From a virus (Duplodnaviria; Heunggongvirae; Uroviricota; Caudoviricetes), in the IMG/VR virus record IMGVR_UViG_3300011115_000934, positions 1 to 33,982 of that record: a stretch of 33,982 nt of DNA; one strand, 5' to 3'. The notes under the pieces are model-generated. The model was not told the DNA's origin and made no database searches. It saw only the letters and a program-made list of their open reading frames with translations. Position numbers and translations under genes: made by a program. Below are positions 7,693 through 17,936 of the stretch, one piece after another; the stretch's first letter is position 1; each line of letters starts with the position of its first letter.

Positions 7693-9491
7693 TGGCTCAA
7701 GATAGAGATATAAAATATGTAAATAGGGATTTCGGAGACTTCAGAAGCCAGCTAATAGAGTACGCTAAAAATTACTTTCCAGATTCTTATAACGACTTTT
7801 CTCCCACATCACCAGGTATGATGTTTATAGAAATGGCTGCCTATGTAGGAGATGTGTTATCATTTTACCAAGACACCCAACTTCAAGAAACATACATTCA
7901 ACATGCCAAAAACCCAGCTAATTTATATAATTTAGCATATATGATGGGTTATCGTCCAAAGATAACAACCCCTTCAGAAGTTACTATAGAAGTATCTCAG
8001 ATAGTAGGAGCAACAGGAGGTATTCCAGACTGGACTCAAGCCCTGAGTATACCAGCATATACGAGGCTAAGATCAACAGCAGCAGATCAGGTTAATTTCT
8101 TTATAGACAAACCTATAAACTTTACCTTCTCAAGTTCATATGACGATACAGAAGTAGAGGTAGAATCACTATCAGGAGGAAATCCCAATCAATTTAGATT
8201 AACTAAGACAGCAAAAGCCATTTCAGGAGAGTTAAAAACTATAACAGAGGTAGTTACTTCTGTAGAAAAGTTTAAAACAATTACAGTAGATGACACTAAT
8301 ATTATAGGTATTCAATCAATAACAGATAGTGGAGGCAATACTTGGTACGAAGTTCCATTTTTAGGACAAGATACGGTCTTTGTAGATAATACAAACCTCG
8401 ATCCAGACAAGCAATCTGTACCATATAGCCTAACACTTCAAAGAGTTCCAAGGAGATTTATTACAAGATTTAATTCTACAGGGCAACTTCAAATTCAATT
8501 TGGAGCAGGTATAGCAGGGCAAGATGACTCAGTAATAACACCAGACCCAACTAATGTAGGATTTGGCTCAAATCAAGGAGTAAGAAGAGTTGACTATGCA
8601 TTTGACCCATCTAACTTTCTATCAACAAAAACATATGGACTTGCACCTTCAAATACGACACTAACAATTAAATACTTAGTTGGAGGAGGAGTAGCAGCAA
8701 ATGCTCCTGCAAACACAATAAACACACTACTTAGCACTATTACAGATCCAACAAACTCACTTACTTTTAATAACCCACTAGCAGCTGCTGGAGGAAGAGA
8801 TGGAGATACTGTGGATGAATTAAGGGAAAATTCTTTAAGAGCCTTTAACGAACAAGGAAGAGCAGTAACACTCCAAGATTATACAGTTAGAGCTTTATCT
8901 ATGGATTCTAAGTACGGATCAATTGCAAAGGTATACGTAACACAGGACCAACTAACAAATCCAAATAGCGCTATTGATAGTATTATTGATAGTAATCCAC
9001 TATCACTATCACTGTTTGCTTTAGCATATGATAATAATAAAAATCTAACACCCACAACAAGTACCCTGAAGAGCAACTTAAAAACATACCTCTCAGAGTA
9101 TATGATATTAACAGATGCTCTTAACATCAAAGATGCTTTTATAGTAAATATAGGAGTTAATTTTGATATAATAGTAAAACCAAACTTCCCAGGAAGAGAT
9201 GTACTACTTGCATGTACAAATAAGCTAAAAGACTACTTTGATATAACAAAGTGGAGTATAAATCAACCAATCAATCTTTCAAGTATTTATACACTTCTTG
9301 ATCAAGAAAAAGGTGTACAAACAGTGCAGAAAGTAGAAATAGTAAATAATGTAGGAGGAATTTATTCTCAATATGCATACGATGTAGTAGGAGCAACTAG
9401 AAGTAATATAGTATATCCTTCATACGATCCATGTATATTTGAAGTAAAGTTCCCAGACACAGATATTAAAGGAAGAATAACAACACTATAA
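7692..9491 (+). CDS. Baseplate wedge protein, T4 gp6 / P2 gpJ-like
   Basis: DF...L...YNDF..SPGMMFIEMAAYVGDVLSFYQD, YLVGGG..AN, and GGRDGDTVDELR...RAVTLQDY. Confidence 0.9.
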   Translation: MAQDRDIKYVNRDFGDFRSQLIEYAKNYFPDSYNDFSPTSPGMMFIEMAAYVGDVLSFYQDTQLQETYIQHAKNPANLYNLAYMMGYRPKITTPSEVTIEVSQIVGATGGIPDWTQALSIPAYTRLRSTAADQVNFFIDKPINFTFSSSYDDTEVEVESLSGGNPNQFRLTKTAKAISGELKTITEVVTSVEKFKTITVDDTNIIGIQSITDSGGNTWYEVPFLGQDTVFVDNTNLDPDKQSVPYSLTLQRVPRRFITRFNSTGQLQIQFGAGIAGQDDSVITPDPTNVGFGSNQGVRRVDYAFDPSNFLSTKTYGLAPSNTTLTIKYLVGGGVAANAPANTINTLLSTITDPTNSLTFNNPLAAAGGRDGDTVDELRENSLRAFNEQGRAVTLQDYTVRALSMDSKYGSIAKVYVTQDQLTNPNSAIDSIIDSNPLSLSLFALAYDNNKNLTPTTSTLKSNLKTYLSEYMILTDALNIKDAFIVNIGVNFDIIVKPNFPGRDVLLACTNKLKDYFDITKWSINQPINLSSIYTLLDQEKGVQTVQKVEIVNNVGGIYSQYAYDVVGATRSNIVYPSYDPCIFEVKFPDTDIKGRITTL

Positions 9492-9492
9492 C

Positions 9493-10602
9493 ATGGCAGT
9501 ATATAGAATATTTCCTGAGAAGGATGCGTTTATATCATCGGAAGTACCAACAGGAAATGCTGGTAAAGACGAGATAATTGAGATAGGTGGGTATGCAGAT
9601 CTCTCAGCTACAGGACAAACTAACCGTTTACTAGTTCAGTACAGAACCTCTGAGATTCAAGATGTAATTACAAACAAAGTAACAGGATCATATAGTGCAA
9701 GTATACAACTATACCTAGCAGATGCATATCAAATACCAGTTGACTACACCCTATATGCATACCCAGTATCTGGAGCATGGGATAGTGGAGTGGGTAAGTT
9801 TGGAGATGTTCCAATCGATACTACAGGAGTTTCTTGGATAAGTAGGCAAGCAGGAGGAGCATCTGCTTGGAGTACAGCTTCATTTACAGCAGGAACTACA
9901 GGTTCATTCAAGTCAGGTTCAACAGGTGGAGGAGGAAACTGGTATACAGGTTCTTTAGGTGTGGATTTAGAATTTACCCAATCACATGGACTAAACACAA
10001 CTAACGATGTTAATATAAATGTTACAAGAGCTATACAGTTATTCAATGCGCAAACACTGAGTAATAACGGGTTTATAGTGAAACTCCCAAACGATCTTGA
10101 GTATAACGTAACAGCTTCTATCCGACTTAAGTACTACGGCGTAGATACCAATACTATTTACCCACCGTTCTTAGAATTCAAATGGGACGATAGTGTATAT
10201 ACTACAGGATCTCTTTCTATTCTATCAAGTAGTACATCTATTATAAACCTTACAAATAACAAGGGTAAATACGTTGATAATGGAAAACAGAGATTTAGAC
10301 TTTCAGCAAGACCAAAATACCCAGTCAGATCCTTTACAACATCATCAGCATATTTAACAAATTATGCACTTCCTTCAGCATCATACTGGGGATTAAGAGA
10401 TGAAAATACAGAAGAAATGGTTGTTGATTTTGATACTAGGTTTACTAAAATAAGTTGTGATTCAAACGGAGCATTCTTTGATGTATATATGGATGGGTTG
10501 CAACCTGAGAGATATTATCGTATATTAGTAAAGACGACTTTAGATGGAAGCACTACAGTAGTAGATAATCAAAACATATTTAAAGTAGTAAGAAATGGCT
10601 AA
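9493..10602 (+). CDS. Virion structural protein (DNRLRE/TGF-beta-propeptide-like beta domain possible)
   Basis: KDAFIS...NAG, NVTRAIQ...NNGFIVK and YPPFLEFKWDD; baseplate context. Confidence 0.6.
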   Translation: MAVYRIFPEKDAFISSEVPTGNAGKDEIIEIGGYADLSATGQTNRLLVQYRTSEIQDVITNKVTGSYSASIQLYLADAYQIPVDYTLYAYPVSGAWDSGVGKFGDVPIDTTGVSWISRQAGGASAWSTASFTAGTTGSFKSGSTGGGGNWYTGSLGVDLEFTQSHGLNTTNDVNINVTRAIQLFNAQTLSNNGFIVKLPNDLEYNVTASIRLKYYGVDTNTIYPPFLEFKWDDSVYTTGSLSILSSSTSIINLTNNKGKYVDNGKQRFRLSARPKYPVRSFTTSSAYLTNYALPSASYWGLRDENTEEMVVDFDTRFTKISCDSNGAFFDVYMDGLQPERYYRILVKTTLDGSTTVVDNQNIFKVVRNG

Positions 10603-10930
10603 TGAAGTTAACATGCAGAAAACTGTGTTTAGCACTACTGACTTTAACAAAGTTATAAGTAGCGCCTTTAACACATTTACGCAACCAGTACCAGAGGAAG
10701 ATCCAGATACTCCTGAGGAGTTGTTTAGATTATATGAGAAACTCTACTACGACATAGACGTAACAGGAGACATAAACTCACACGAATACCTAGTAAAAAG
10801 GAGTTCAGAATTACTAACTTTTGATAGAGTTACAGAAGATATACAACCGCTATTAGATGAGATAGCACAATTAAGACAAGAGAATCTAGGACTAAATCAA
10901 CAACTACTTACCCTAGAAACAAAAATATAG
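10595..10930 (+). CDS. Hypothetical protein with a C-terminal coiled coil
   Basis: Intact ORF overlapping the upstream stop. Confidence 0.75.
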   Translation: MANEVNMQKTVFSTTDFNKVISSAFNTFTQPVPEEDPDTPEELFRLYEKLYYDIDVTGDINSHEYLVKRSSELLTFDRVTEDIQPLLDEIAQLRQENLGLNQQLLTLETKI

Positions 10931-10933
10931 TAC

Positions 10934-13900
10934 ATGGCAGATATAGTTTATACAGTTAACCAAGACTCACCAGAAAACATAGCAGGTTTTGAGCAGTACT
11001 CTCAAGAAGATAAGGCACTAGTAAGTTCCTTTCAGATTAATAATACATTTGATTCAACCAATAACTATTCAGAATTACATATACTATCGCTATCAGACGA
11101 ACTTCTAGAAAGCATTTATAACTATACAGGATTTACACAATTAGGAAACGCACAATCAGCAGGCCAGGCTGGAGCATCAGTATTAACTATTGATCCAATT
11201 GCAGATAGCAAAGCGTACGGATATGATAATGGAGGAGTAAAGTTACTATACCACTTCTTAGACGATTTATATACAACAGATGGTACTCTACAAGAGTTCT
11301 TTATACAAGATATATCGCAAGATAGGACAGAACTAGTTCTATCTACACTAAACTTAACAGCAGAGCAATTAACAGCAACAACCTCTGCAATTAAGACTAA
11401 CTTACAAAGTCAATCTTACTTTACAGGATTTAGGTTAAATTTTAAGAATAATGATCTATTCATTGCAACTAACATTGATACGCTAGATTCAGGTATAGAA
11501 AAAGTAGTTGTAGTAAAACTATATGAACCACTTCCAGATACTTATAATTTAAAAAGCACATTAAACATAGTAGACGTAGTATCAGATTCAGTAGCATATG
11601 AAATTGATGCAGAATATATAGTACCACCTGAAGTAGCTCCTACTCTAAGATCTCCTAATTTTGATATTGATGTAACAGATAATAGCGTAGTTCCTACAGG
11701 ATATTACAACTACAATGAATTATTTAGCTACCCAGTCAACAACACAAATAGTCAGATATTTTCAACAGTTAGCGAAAAAGGGATTGATATTAGTGTTGAT
11801 TATACAACATTTAGCGACTTTGTACACTTTTCATCAGCACAAGAACGACTTCTTAACTTTAAGTATAAATTAGATTTAGTAGCAAGCTACTCTGCAAGTT
11901 TAGCAACCATAGCTAATTCAACAACAGGACTTCAAGGAGTATCGGGAAGTAGAGATTACTACCAAAACCTATTAACAGGAGTTGTAAGTAATTTTGATCA
12001 CTACGAGAGATTTTTATACTACGAATCAGGAAGTAGCTCTTGGCCAAAAAGCAATACAAAAAAGCCATATATAAATAGAGCAAGTACAAACTCTGAGGCG
12101 ATAACTTGGTATACAAATCAAATTGCAAATGCAATTAAGTACGACCAAACAAATTATAGCTCACTTGCTTATAGCATTCCAACATATCTAAGAGACGATG
12201 CAAATAATGAAAATTATTTAACATTTGTTTATATGGTTGGACAGCATTTTGATAATTTATGGCTATATTCAAAAGCAGTAACAGATAAGTATGATGCTGA
12301 TAATAGAATTGATAAAGGTATTTCAAAAGACTTAGTAGCAGAGGCTCTAAAAAACTTTGGAGTAAAATTATATACTTCTAATAAGTCTATAGAAGATTTA
12401 TTTACAACCTTTGTAGGGCAGGCTTACCAATCTGGAAGTGAAAAAATAAACTTCTACATAACAGGTTCATTAACAGGATCGAATACTCCTATTCAACCAA
12501 CTGCTTATGATGATTACCAAAAAGAGATACAAAAAAGAATCTACCACAACTTACCTTTACTTTTAAAATCAAAAGGAACAGAAAGAGGATTAAGAGCTTT
12601 AATTAATTGCTTTGGAATACCAGCAGATATATTAAAGATAAAACTATACGGAGGTAGAAACACAAACGAAAGACCTTTTTATGGAGATTATCAAAACTAT
12701 ACAAGTTCTATAAATAAAATACGATTAGATAATACAGGAAGTTTAGTAAGTGGAAGCACACTATCAAACTATGTTTCTATCATAAAAAGAGATGATAAGT
12801 ACACAGATGATGTCCATGTAATCGAAGTAGGATTCTCTCCTTCAGACAATATAGATAATTATATTATTTCTAGATCACTTGCTACAGCATCCCTTTCAAA
12901 CTTTAATATAGACAATTACCTAGGTGATCCTAGTAACATATATTTAGATAACTATTCAGGATTACAAAATATAACTGCAACTATTGTAAGTGGCTCTGCA
13001 GGAGTATCAGGTTCGTACGATTTAAGAGATTACGTAAGACTTATTAAATTTTTTGATAATACAGTATTTAAAATGGTTAAGGATTTTATTCCTGCTAGAG
13101 CAGTAGCAGATACAGGAATCATAATAAAACCACATTTACTTAATAGATCAAAAGCTAAATCAGTAATACTTTCAGGTTCAAGACCAGAATATACAGGTTC
13201 AATCGATACAGCCTTTATATCAGCAAAAAATCCAAATACATTCAAATTTCTAAACGGAGAAGTATCGTTACAGTATACCGATCTTGTACAAACACCAACA
13301 GGTATTCAAAGAGCAACACCCCATTCTGCAGGAGAGGCTGGATACAATGGAGAGATATCTGGTAGTATGATTGTAGCATCAAAAGTAGACTTAAACAGCA
13401 GCAATCCATATAAAACAGACTCATATGTAGTTAAACCATACTCAGTAGAATTTGTAAGTTCTTCAAACGCGATATGCTTATTAGGAACTGTAGCAACTCC
13501 CCTTTACATCACATCAGCTCAGTATCTTTGGCAACCAAATGAATTTTTCACAGGTATAAACAGTAACTGTGTATATAGTGCATCAAATAACATAGCGTCG
13601 CCTACATATACGCCAACTACTTTTCCTCGTGCTTTCGGAAGTCTGCCCGCTAATGGAGGATATGCACAGTATCAAGACTTTTATATTAGAGCACTAAATA
13701 AGAACGTAACAGTAGGACCTCCTTGTATAGCAACCATACAAGTAAGATTTGCAACATGTAGCATAGGAGTAAGTTCTGCAGGACAGCAAATAAATAACGT
13801 ACAAAAGTACAGTACACAAACTTTACAACCAACATATCCAATAGCAAGCTGGTTTAACAATCCAAATAGCCAACTAATACAGTATACTGCATCGTGGAGT

Positions 13901-14989
13901 ACTAACACAGTAGGTATTCCTACTGCAGATATTAACTCATATAAATTCACTCAAGATGAAGGAAGTTCAGTAACAATAACAATGCGGGATCCAAATATAG
14001 GGAATCTATGTGCAGTAAGCAAAACAGTATCAGTAGGAGGATGCTACTTAGGAGCTTCAACACTTTACCCAGGCAGTGAGGAAGCAACTCATGGCCGTCA
14101 GTTTACCTACACACAGGACTACTCTGGTTTTGAACAAGAAACTCTTGCTATAGTTCAATCTCCATTTAGCAACACAGCTATTGGTAATGACCGCTATTCA
14201 GGATATGTAACAATACAACAAACAGCTCAGTACGGAACAGGTCAACAACAAGATGTCACAACCTACGGCGTGTATAGACGTATACATCAATTAGGGTATT
14301 ACGAAGGACGTGATGTAACACCAGTAAACCCTACAGGAATATTTTCAGGTATTCAAAGGTACTTTACTTATAATAATGACTTTACACTAGGGTTTGCACA
14401 AGATCCAATGATGCGGTATAACATATATAAACTATATAACAGGGGCGTCGATAACCAAACATTTAGGTATAGTCTAACCTCAGTTGCTAACGGTCTAAAT
14501 CCAAACCAACCAATATACAACTGGGGATACCAACTTGGCCCAGAGTACGAGTTCCTAGATACATCTGCTTTTTCCAACAATAACTACTACACAGGTTATA
14601 GTTTTCCAATTATACTGAACACTCCTGCAATAACAGAAACTCGTGGATGGGCACCACAGAATAGTAGCTTTGACCAATCAGTATCAACTATAAATCTAAG
14701 AACAGTACCACAAGCATATTTCCTAGAAGCCTATAGAGCAAATGCGCCTTTATGTAGACAATCTGTTATGGTATATGGGGATAGAGGCGCACTAGGTAGT
14801 GTGCTTGCAGCAACTACTGGCTATGGCCAACTTCCACAATATCAAACTGTAAACATTCTAGCAGATTGGAACTACGATATAGCACCCCCACCAGTAGCTC
14901 ATCCAGCACTACCTGGAGGATACACAGGTCCAGGATGGAAATCGGTTAAAATAAGATTGTACGGTACAACTGCAATCGGAACTCCATAA
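10934..14989 (+). CDS. Large baseplate protein with a P2 gpI/gp7-like segment and a variable C-terminal region
   Basis: LPLLLKSKGTERGLRALINCFG and MVKDFIPAR motifs; Cys-containing beta-rich C-terminus. Confidence 0.7.
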   Translation: MADIVYTVNQDSPENIAGFEQYSQEDKALVSSFQINNTFDSTNNYSELHILSLSDELLESIYNYTGFTQLGNAQSAGQAGASVLTIDPIADSKAYGYDNGGVKLLYHFLDDLYTTDGTLQEFFIQDISQDRTELVLSTLNLTAEQLTATTSAIKTNLQSQSYFTGFRLNFKNNDLFIATNIDTLDSGIEKVVVVKLYEPLPDTYNLKSTLNIVDVVSDSVAYEIDAEYIVPPEVAPTLRSPNFDIDVTDNSVVPTGYYNYNELFSYPVNNTNSQIFSTVSEKGIDISVDYTTFSDFVHFSSAQERLLNFKYKLDLVASYSASLATIANSTTGLQGVSGSRDYYQNLLTGVVSNFDHYERFLYYESGSSSWPKSNTKKPYINRASTNSEAITWYTNQIANAIKYDQTNYSSLAYSIPTYLRDDANNENYLTFVYMVGQHFDNLWLYSKAVTDKYDADNRIDKGISKDLVAEALKNFGVKLYTSNKSIEDLFTTFVGQAYQSGSEKINFYITGSLTGSNTPIQPTAYDDYQKEIQKRIYHNLPLLLKSKGTERGLRALINCFGIPADILKIKLYGGRNTNERPFYGDYQNYTSSINKIRLDNTGSLVSGSTLSNYVSIIKRDDKYTDDVHVIEVGFSPSDNIDNYIISRSLATASLSNFNIDNYLGDPSNIYLDNYSGLQNITATIVSGSAGVSGSYDLRDYVRLIKFFDNTVFKMVKDFIPARAVADTGIIIKPHLLNRSKAKSVILSGSRPEYTGSIDTAFISAKNPNTFKFLNGEVSLQYTDLVQTPTGIQRATPHSAGEAGYNGEISGSMIVASKVDLNSSNPYKTDSYVVKPYSVEFVSSSNAICLLGTVATPLYITSAQYLWQPNEFFTGINSNCVYSASNNIASPTYTPTTFPRAFGSLPANGGYAQYQDFYIRALNKNVTVGPPCIATIQVRFATCSIGVSSAGQQINNVQKYSTQTLQPTYPIASWFNNPNSQLIQYTASWSTNTVGIPTADINSYKFTQDEGSSVTITMRDPNIGNLCAVSKTVSVGGCYLGASTLYPGSEEATHGRQFTYTQDYSGFEQETLAIVQSPFSNTAIGNDRYSGYVTIQQTAQYGTGQQQDVTTYGVYRRIHQLGYYEGRDVTPVNPTGIFSGIQRYFTYNNDFTLGFAQDPMMRYNIYKLYNRGVDNQTFRYSLTSVANGLNPNQPIYNWGYQLGPEYEFLDTSAFSNNNYYTGYSFPIILNTPAITETRGWAPQNSSFDQSVSTINLRTVPQAYFLEAYRANAPLCRQSVMVYGDRGALGSVLAATTGYGQLPQYQTVNILADWNYDIAPPPVAHPALPGGYTGPGWKSVKIRLYGTTAIGTP

Positions 14990-15010
14990 AGATTACAAAA
15001 ATTAAATGAA

Positions 15011-16171
15011 ATGACACAACAAGAATTCTATATACATGCGCAATTAAACCCCGACCAAGTAAACATCTGGTACGATACGGGAGGGCCTCCATATACACTT
15101 AGAGCAATAACTATACCAGTACTAGATAATAGTGCACCACGTCAAGACATTTCACCAATACTTGAGAATTTAAAAAACATAGTACTTCAACTTAGTACAG
15201 GAGAAAGGATAACTCTAAAGATACTATCAAGAACAGCACCACAATCAACCCCAGCAGGATCTCCTGTTGCAGTAAGGTATTATTATTATGATATACAACC
15301 TTTAACTATTGCAACTATTGGAAGTGTTGCATTAACAATCCCAATCGTTTTCTCACCTGCAATAGATACCTACCAATTTAACGCAAGTCCATATAACATA
15401 CTAAAGGGAACTATAGACACAAGTAGAGCATCAAGCTATATAATGCAAGCCGATAGATATAAGATAGGAACTCTAGCAAATCCTGCGTATACAGGTCCAT
15501 TAAATATAAATGAACTTTTAACTGGTTCTGCTGTTAAGGCAGGTGTACAAGATAGCAACTATACAATTACTGGTTGGACTAATGGAAGGTATAATGGAAG
15601 TAAAACAGATAGAGTAGACTATAAAACAGAGCCAGCAGTAACAGGGAGATTTTTTCTAGCAGCTGAATTTCCTTCTGGATCTGACATAGGACATATCAAC
15701 TACCTAATATCAAGTAGCCAAGTAGAGTACAAGGAGTACTTCTTTTCAGGAGTAGGAGATATACCAGGATTTGAATCAACAGATTCAGGATTTACAACAA
15801 TTAACACAGTACCAATTAACCAATCATTTATACAGGTAGCACCAAGAGGAAATAATCTTGCTGCTCCTAAACCAGGAGACATACTAAGGCCAGTAGTGGG
15901 AGGAGTCGCCAAAGAATTACTACAGATATATTTAGTAACTGTTCAAAGTGAGATCCCACTAATATATAATATATTCGCAATTAGGGGGTACTTTCAATCA
16001 CCTAGTAGTGCCATACCACAATCAAGCCCCTTGCAATTAATAACACCAGTACAGATATTTTCTACAGAAAATGGCAGACTTTCTGGAGTTCCTAAAGGTA
16101 CTCTGTTAATAAAGGAGACTGGATACATTGTAGGAGTGGACTCGTTAGGGTACGTAGTTGCTTCATCATAA
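15011..16171 (+). CDS. Virion structural protein, baseplate/fibre associated
   Basis: Beta-rich, with VQDSNY...GRYNGSK; structural context. Confidence 0.65.
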   Translation: MTQQEFYIHAQLNPDQVNIWYDTGGPPYTLRAITIPVLDNSAPRQDISPILENLKNIVLQLSTGERITLKILSRTAPQSTPAGSPVAVRYYYYDIQPLTIATIGSVALTIPIVFSPAIDTYQFNASPYNILKGTIDTSRASSYIMQADRYKIGTLANPAYTGPLNINELLTGSAVKAGVQDSNYTITGWTNGRYNGSKTDRVDYKTEPAVTGRFFLAAEFPSGSDIGHINYLISSSQVEYKEYFFSGVGDIPGFESTDSGFTTINTVPINQSFIQVAPRGNNLAAPKPGDILRPVVGGVAKELLQIYLVTVQSEIPLIYNIFAIRGYFQSPSSAIPQSSPLQLITPVQIFSTENGRLSGVPKGTLLIKETGYIVGVDSLGYVVASS

Positions 16172-16185
16172 AATTAAACTATACA

Positions 16186-16192
16186 TATTTAT
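16186..16192 (+). promoter_or_regulatory. Putative late promoter TATTTAT
   Basis: Intergenic, before ATG 16211. Confidence 0.65.
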
Positions 16193-16210
16193 TAATAAAC
16201 ACATATTAAA

Positions 16211-16870
16211 ATGGGATATTTAGACAATTCAACAGTAACGGTTGATGCAATTTTAACAAAAAAAGGAAGAGAACTTCTTGCAAAAGGAGATGGCTCTTTC
16301 AAAATTACACAATTTGCTTTAGCAGATGATGAAATAGACTATACATTGTATAATCCAAATCATCCAAACGGATCAGCATTCTATGGTGAAGCAATTGAGT
16401 CAATGCCACTACTGGAGGCATTTCCTGATGAAAACCAGATCATGAAGTATAAACTTACAACTCTTCCAAGAGGTACAGCTAAGTTACCAATTTTAGATTT
16501 AGGATATGCAGCAATCAGACTAAAACAAGGAGCTTCGTTAGCGATTACACCTCAAACACTAAACTATTTAGGATCTTCTAATGCTTTTGAAGCTGGAGGA
16601 TATGTAGCAACTATTGCAGATGCTAGAGTATTAAGCAACTTTAATGGAGTAGGGATAAATACAGCAGATGCAATAGCATTAAACTCAACTACTACACTGG
16701 GAACAAATGTTTCTAAAACAGTAATTGGAACTTCAATCAACTTATCTGCAACAACAGTTAATACCCTATTTGGAGGTAATACATCACTACAAACAACAAT
16801 TACAATAATAGGTAGAGATTCAGGAGCTAGGTTAACAATTCCAGTAACAATTATTCAAGTAACACAATAA
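16211..16870 (+). CDS. Virion protein resembling the N-terminal half of the tail-collar fibre anchor (DUF3751-like)
   Basis: ILTKKGRELLA...KITQFALADD. Confidence 0.65.
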   Translation: MGYLDNSTVTVDAILTKKGRELLAKGDGSFKITQFALADDEIDYTLYNPNHPNGSAFYGEAIESMPLLEAFPDENQIMKYKLTTLPRGTAKLPILDLGYAAIRLKQGASLAITPQTLNYLGSSNAFEAGGYVATIADARVLSNFNGVGINTADAIALNSTTTLGTNVSKTVIGTSINLSATTVNTLFGGNTSLQTTITIIGRDSGARLTIPVTIIQVTQ

Positions 16871-16880
16871 AAAAGGAACT

Positions 16881-17933
16881 ATGTCATTTAAAAGATTAGA
16901 CCCAGAAGATATTTCAATATCAGCAGAATCAATCGTAGCACCAGCATGGTCTTCACAACAAACAACGCTTCCTTTAGCAGGACTTACTTTCTACACATCC
17001 TCACAACAATCCAATAATCCCTCAGGAAAGTACTATTACGATATATACCAAATTGACCCAGCAGATGCAGGAGGAACCTCTACAAGGAATCCTCTATCAT
17101 CAGTACAGTTTTCTATTGCTTACGGAAATTACTTAGGAAGTGGATCAAATCAACTTTCATCAGTATCAGGATCTTCACCATCTGCAATTACTTACGGACA
17201 ATATAGAACATTGGTAAATGGAGATGAAAATACCAATTTCACTTTTGGAACAGTAACCCCACAATCTGTATATGTACTATCAATTAACAGAGCAAAGTAT
17301 AAAGAGAAACTACTACCAGGAAGCTTTAACTTAATCCTTATAAGTGGAAGTAATACTTTAAAACTGACAGATAATAGCAAGAGTGTGACAGCAGTATCCT
17401 ACGTAGATGCAGGAAGAGTCTTTGACATAGTATCAGGATCAGATGGAGTAGCTTATACAGGAGTAAACACCTCAGGATTCTCAAAAGATTCAGGCTCATA
17501 CGGAAAATTCTTACCAGACGTAGGAATAGCAATCCTAAATGGGGCTGCACTAAGTGGATCAGGAGCAGCAGGAGGACTAGGGATGACTATAAACCAAGGT
17601 TCAAATGTTGGTTCTACACTGAATTTACAACAAATGTACAATGTAATAAAAAACGGAGGAAACTTTAAACTTCAATCAGAGGAAACAGTTTCATCAAACT
17701 ATGTATTTGTTAGAGTTAGAAACAGTGAGTTCAACTACTCAACAAATCCTTCCAACATCTCAGGTTCAGGAGAATTGAGATGGAATGTAATGGTAAATAC
17801 TCCACAGTCCTATATTACAACAGTTGGAATGTATAATGATAATAATGACCTTTTAGCAGTAGCTAAATTATCAAAACCTTTATTAAAGGATTTTACAAAA
17901 GAGGCGTTAGTAAGAATCAAGCTTGATTATTAA
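16881..17933 (+). CDS. Virion/baseplate protein, paralog A
   Basis: C-terminal EFNYSTNPS...YITTVGMYNDNNDLLAVAKLSKP. Confidence 0.7.
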   Translation: MSFKRLDPEDISISAESIVAPAWSSQQTTLPLAGLTFYTSSQQSNNPSGKYYYDIYQIDPADAGGTSTRNPLSSVQFSIAYGNYLGSGSNQLSSVSGSSPSAITYGQYRTLVNGDENTNFTFGTVTPQSVYVLSINRAKYKEKLLPGSFNLILISGSNTLKLTDNSKSVTAVSYVDAGRVFDIVSGSDGVAYTGVNTSGFSKDSGSYGKFLPDVGIAILNGAALSGSGAAGGLGMTINQGSNVGSTLNLQQMYNVIKNGGNFKLQSEETVSSNYVFVRVRNSEFNYSTNPSNISGSGELRWNVMVNTPQSYITTVGMYNDNNDLLAVAKLSKPLLKDFTKEALVRIKLDY

Positions 17934-17936
17934 TGA

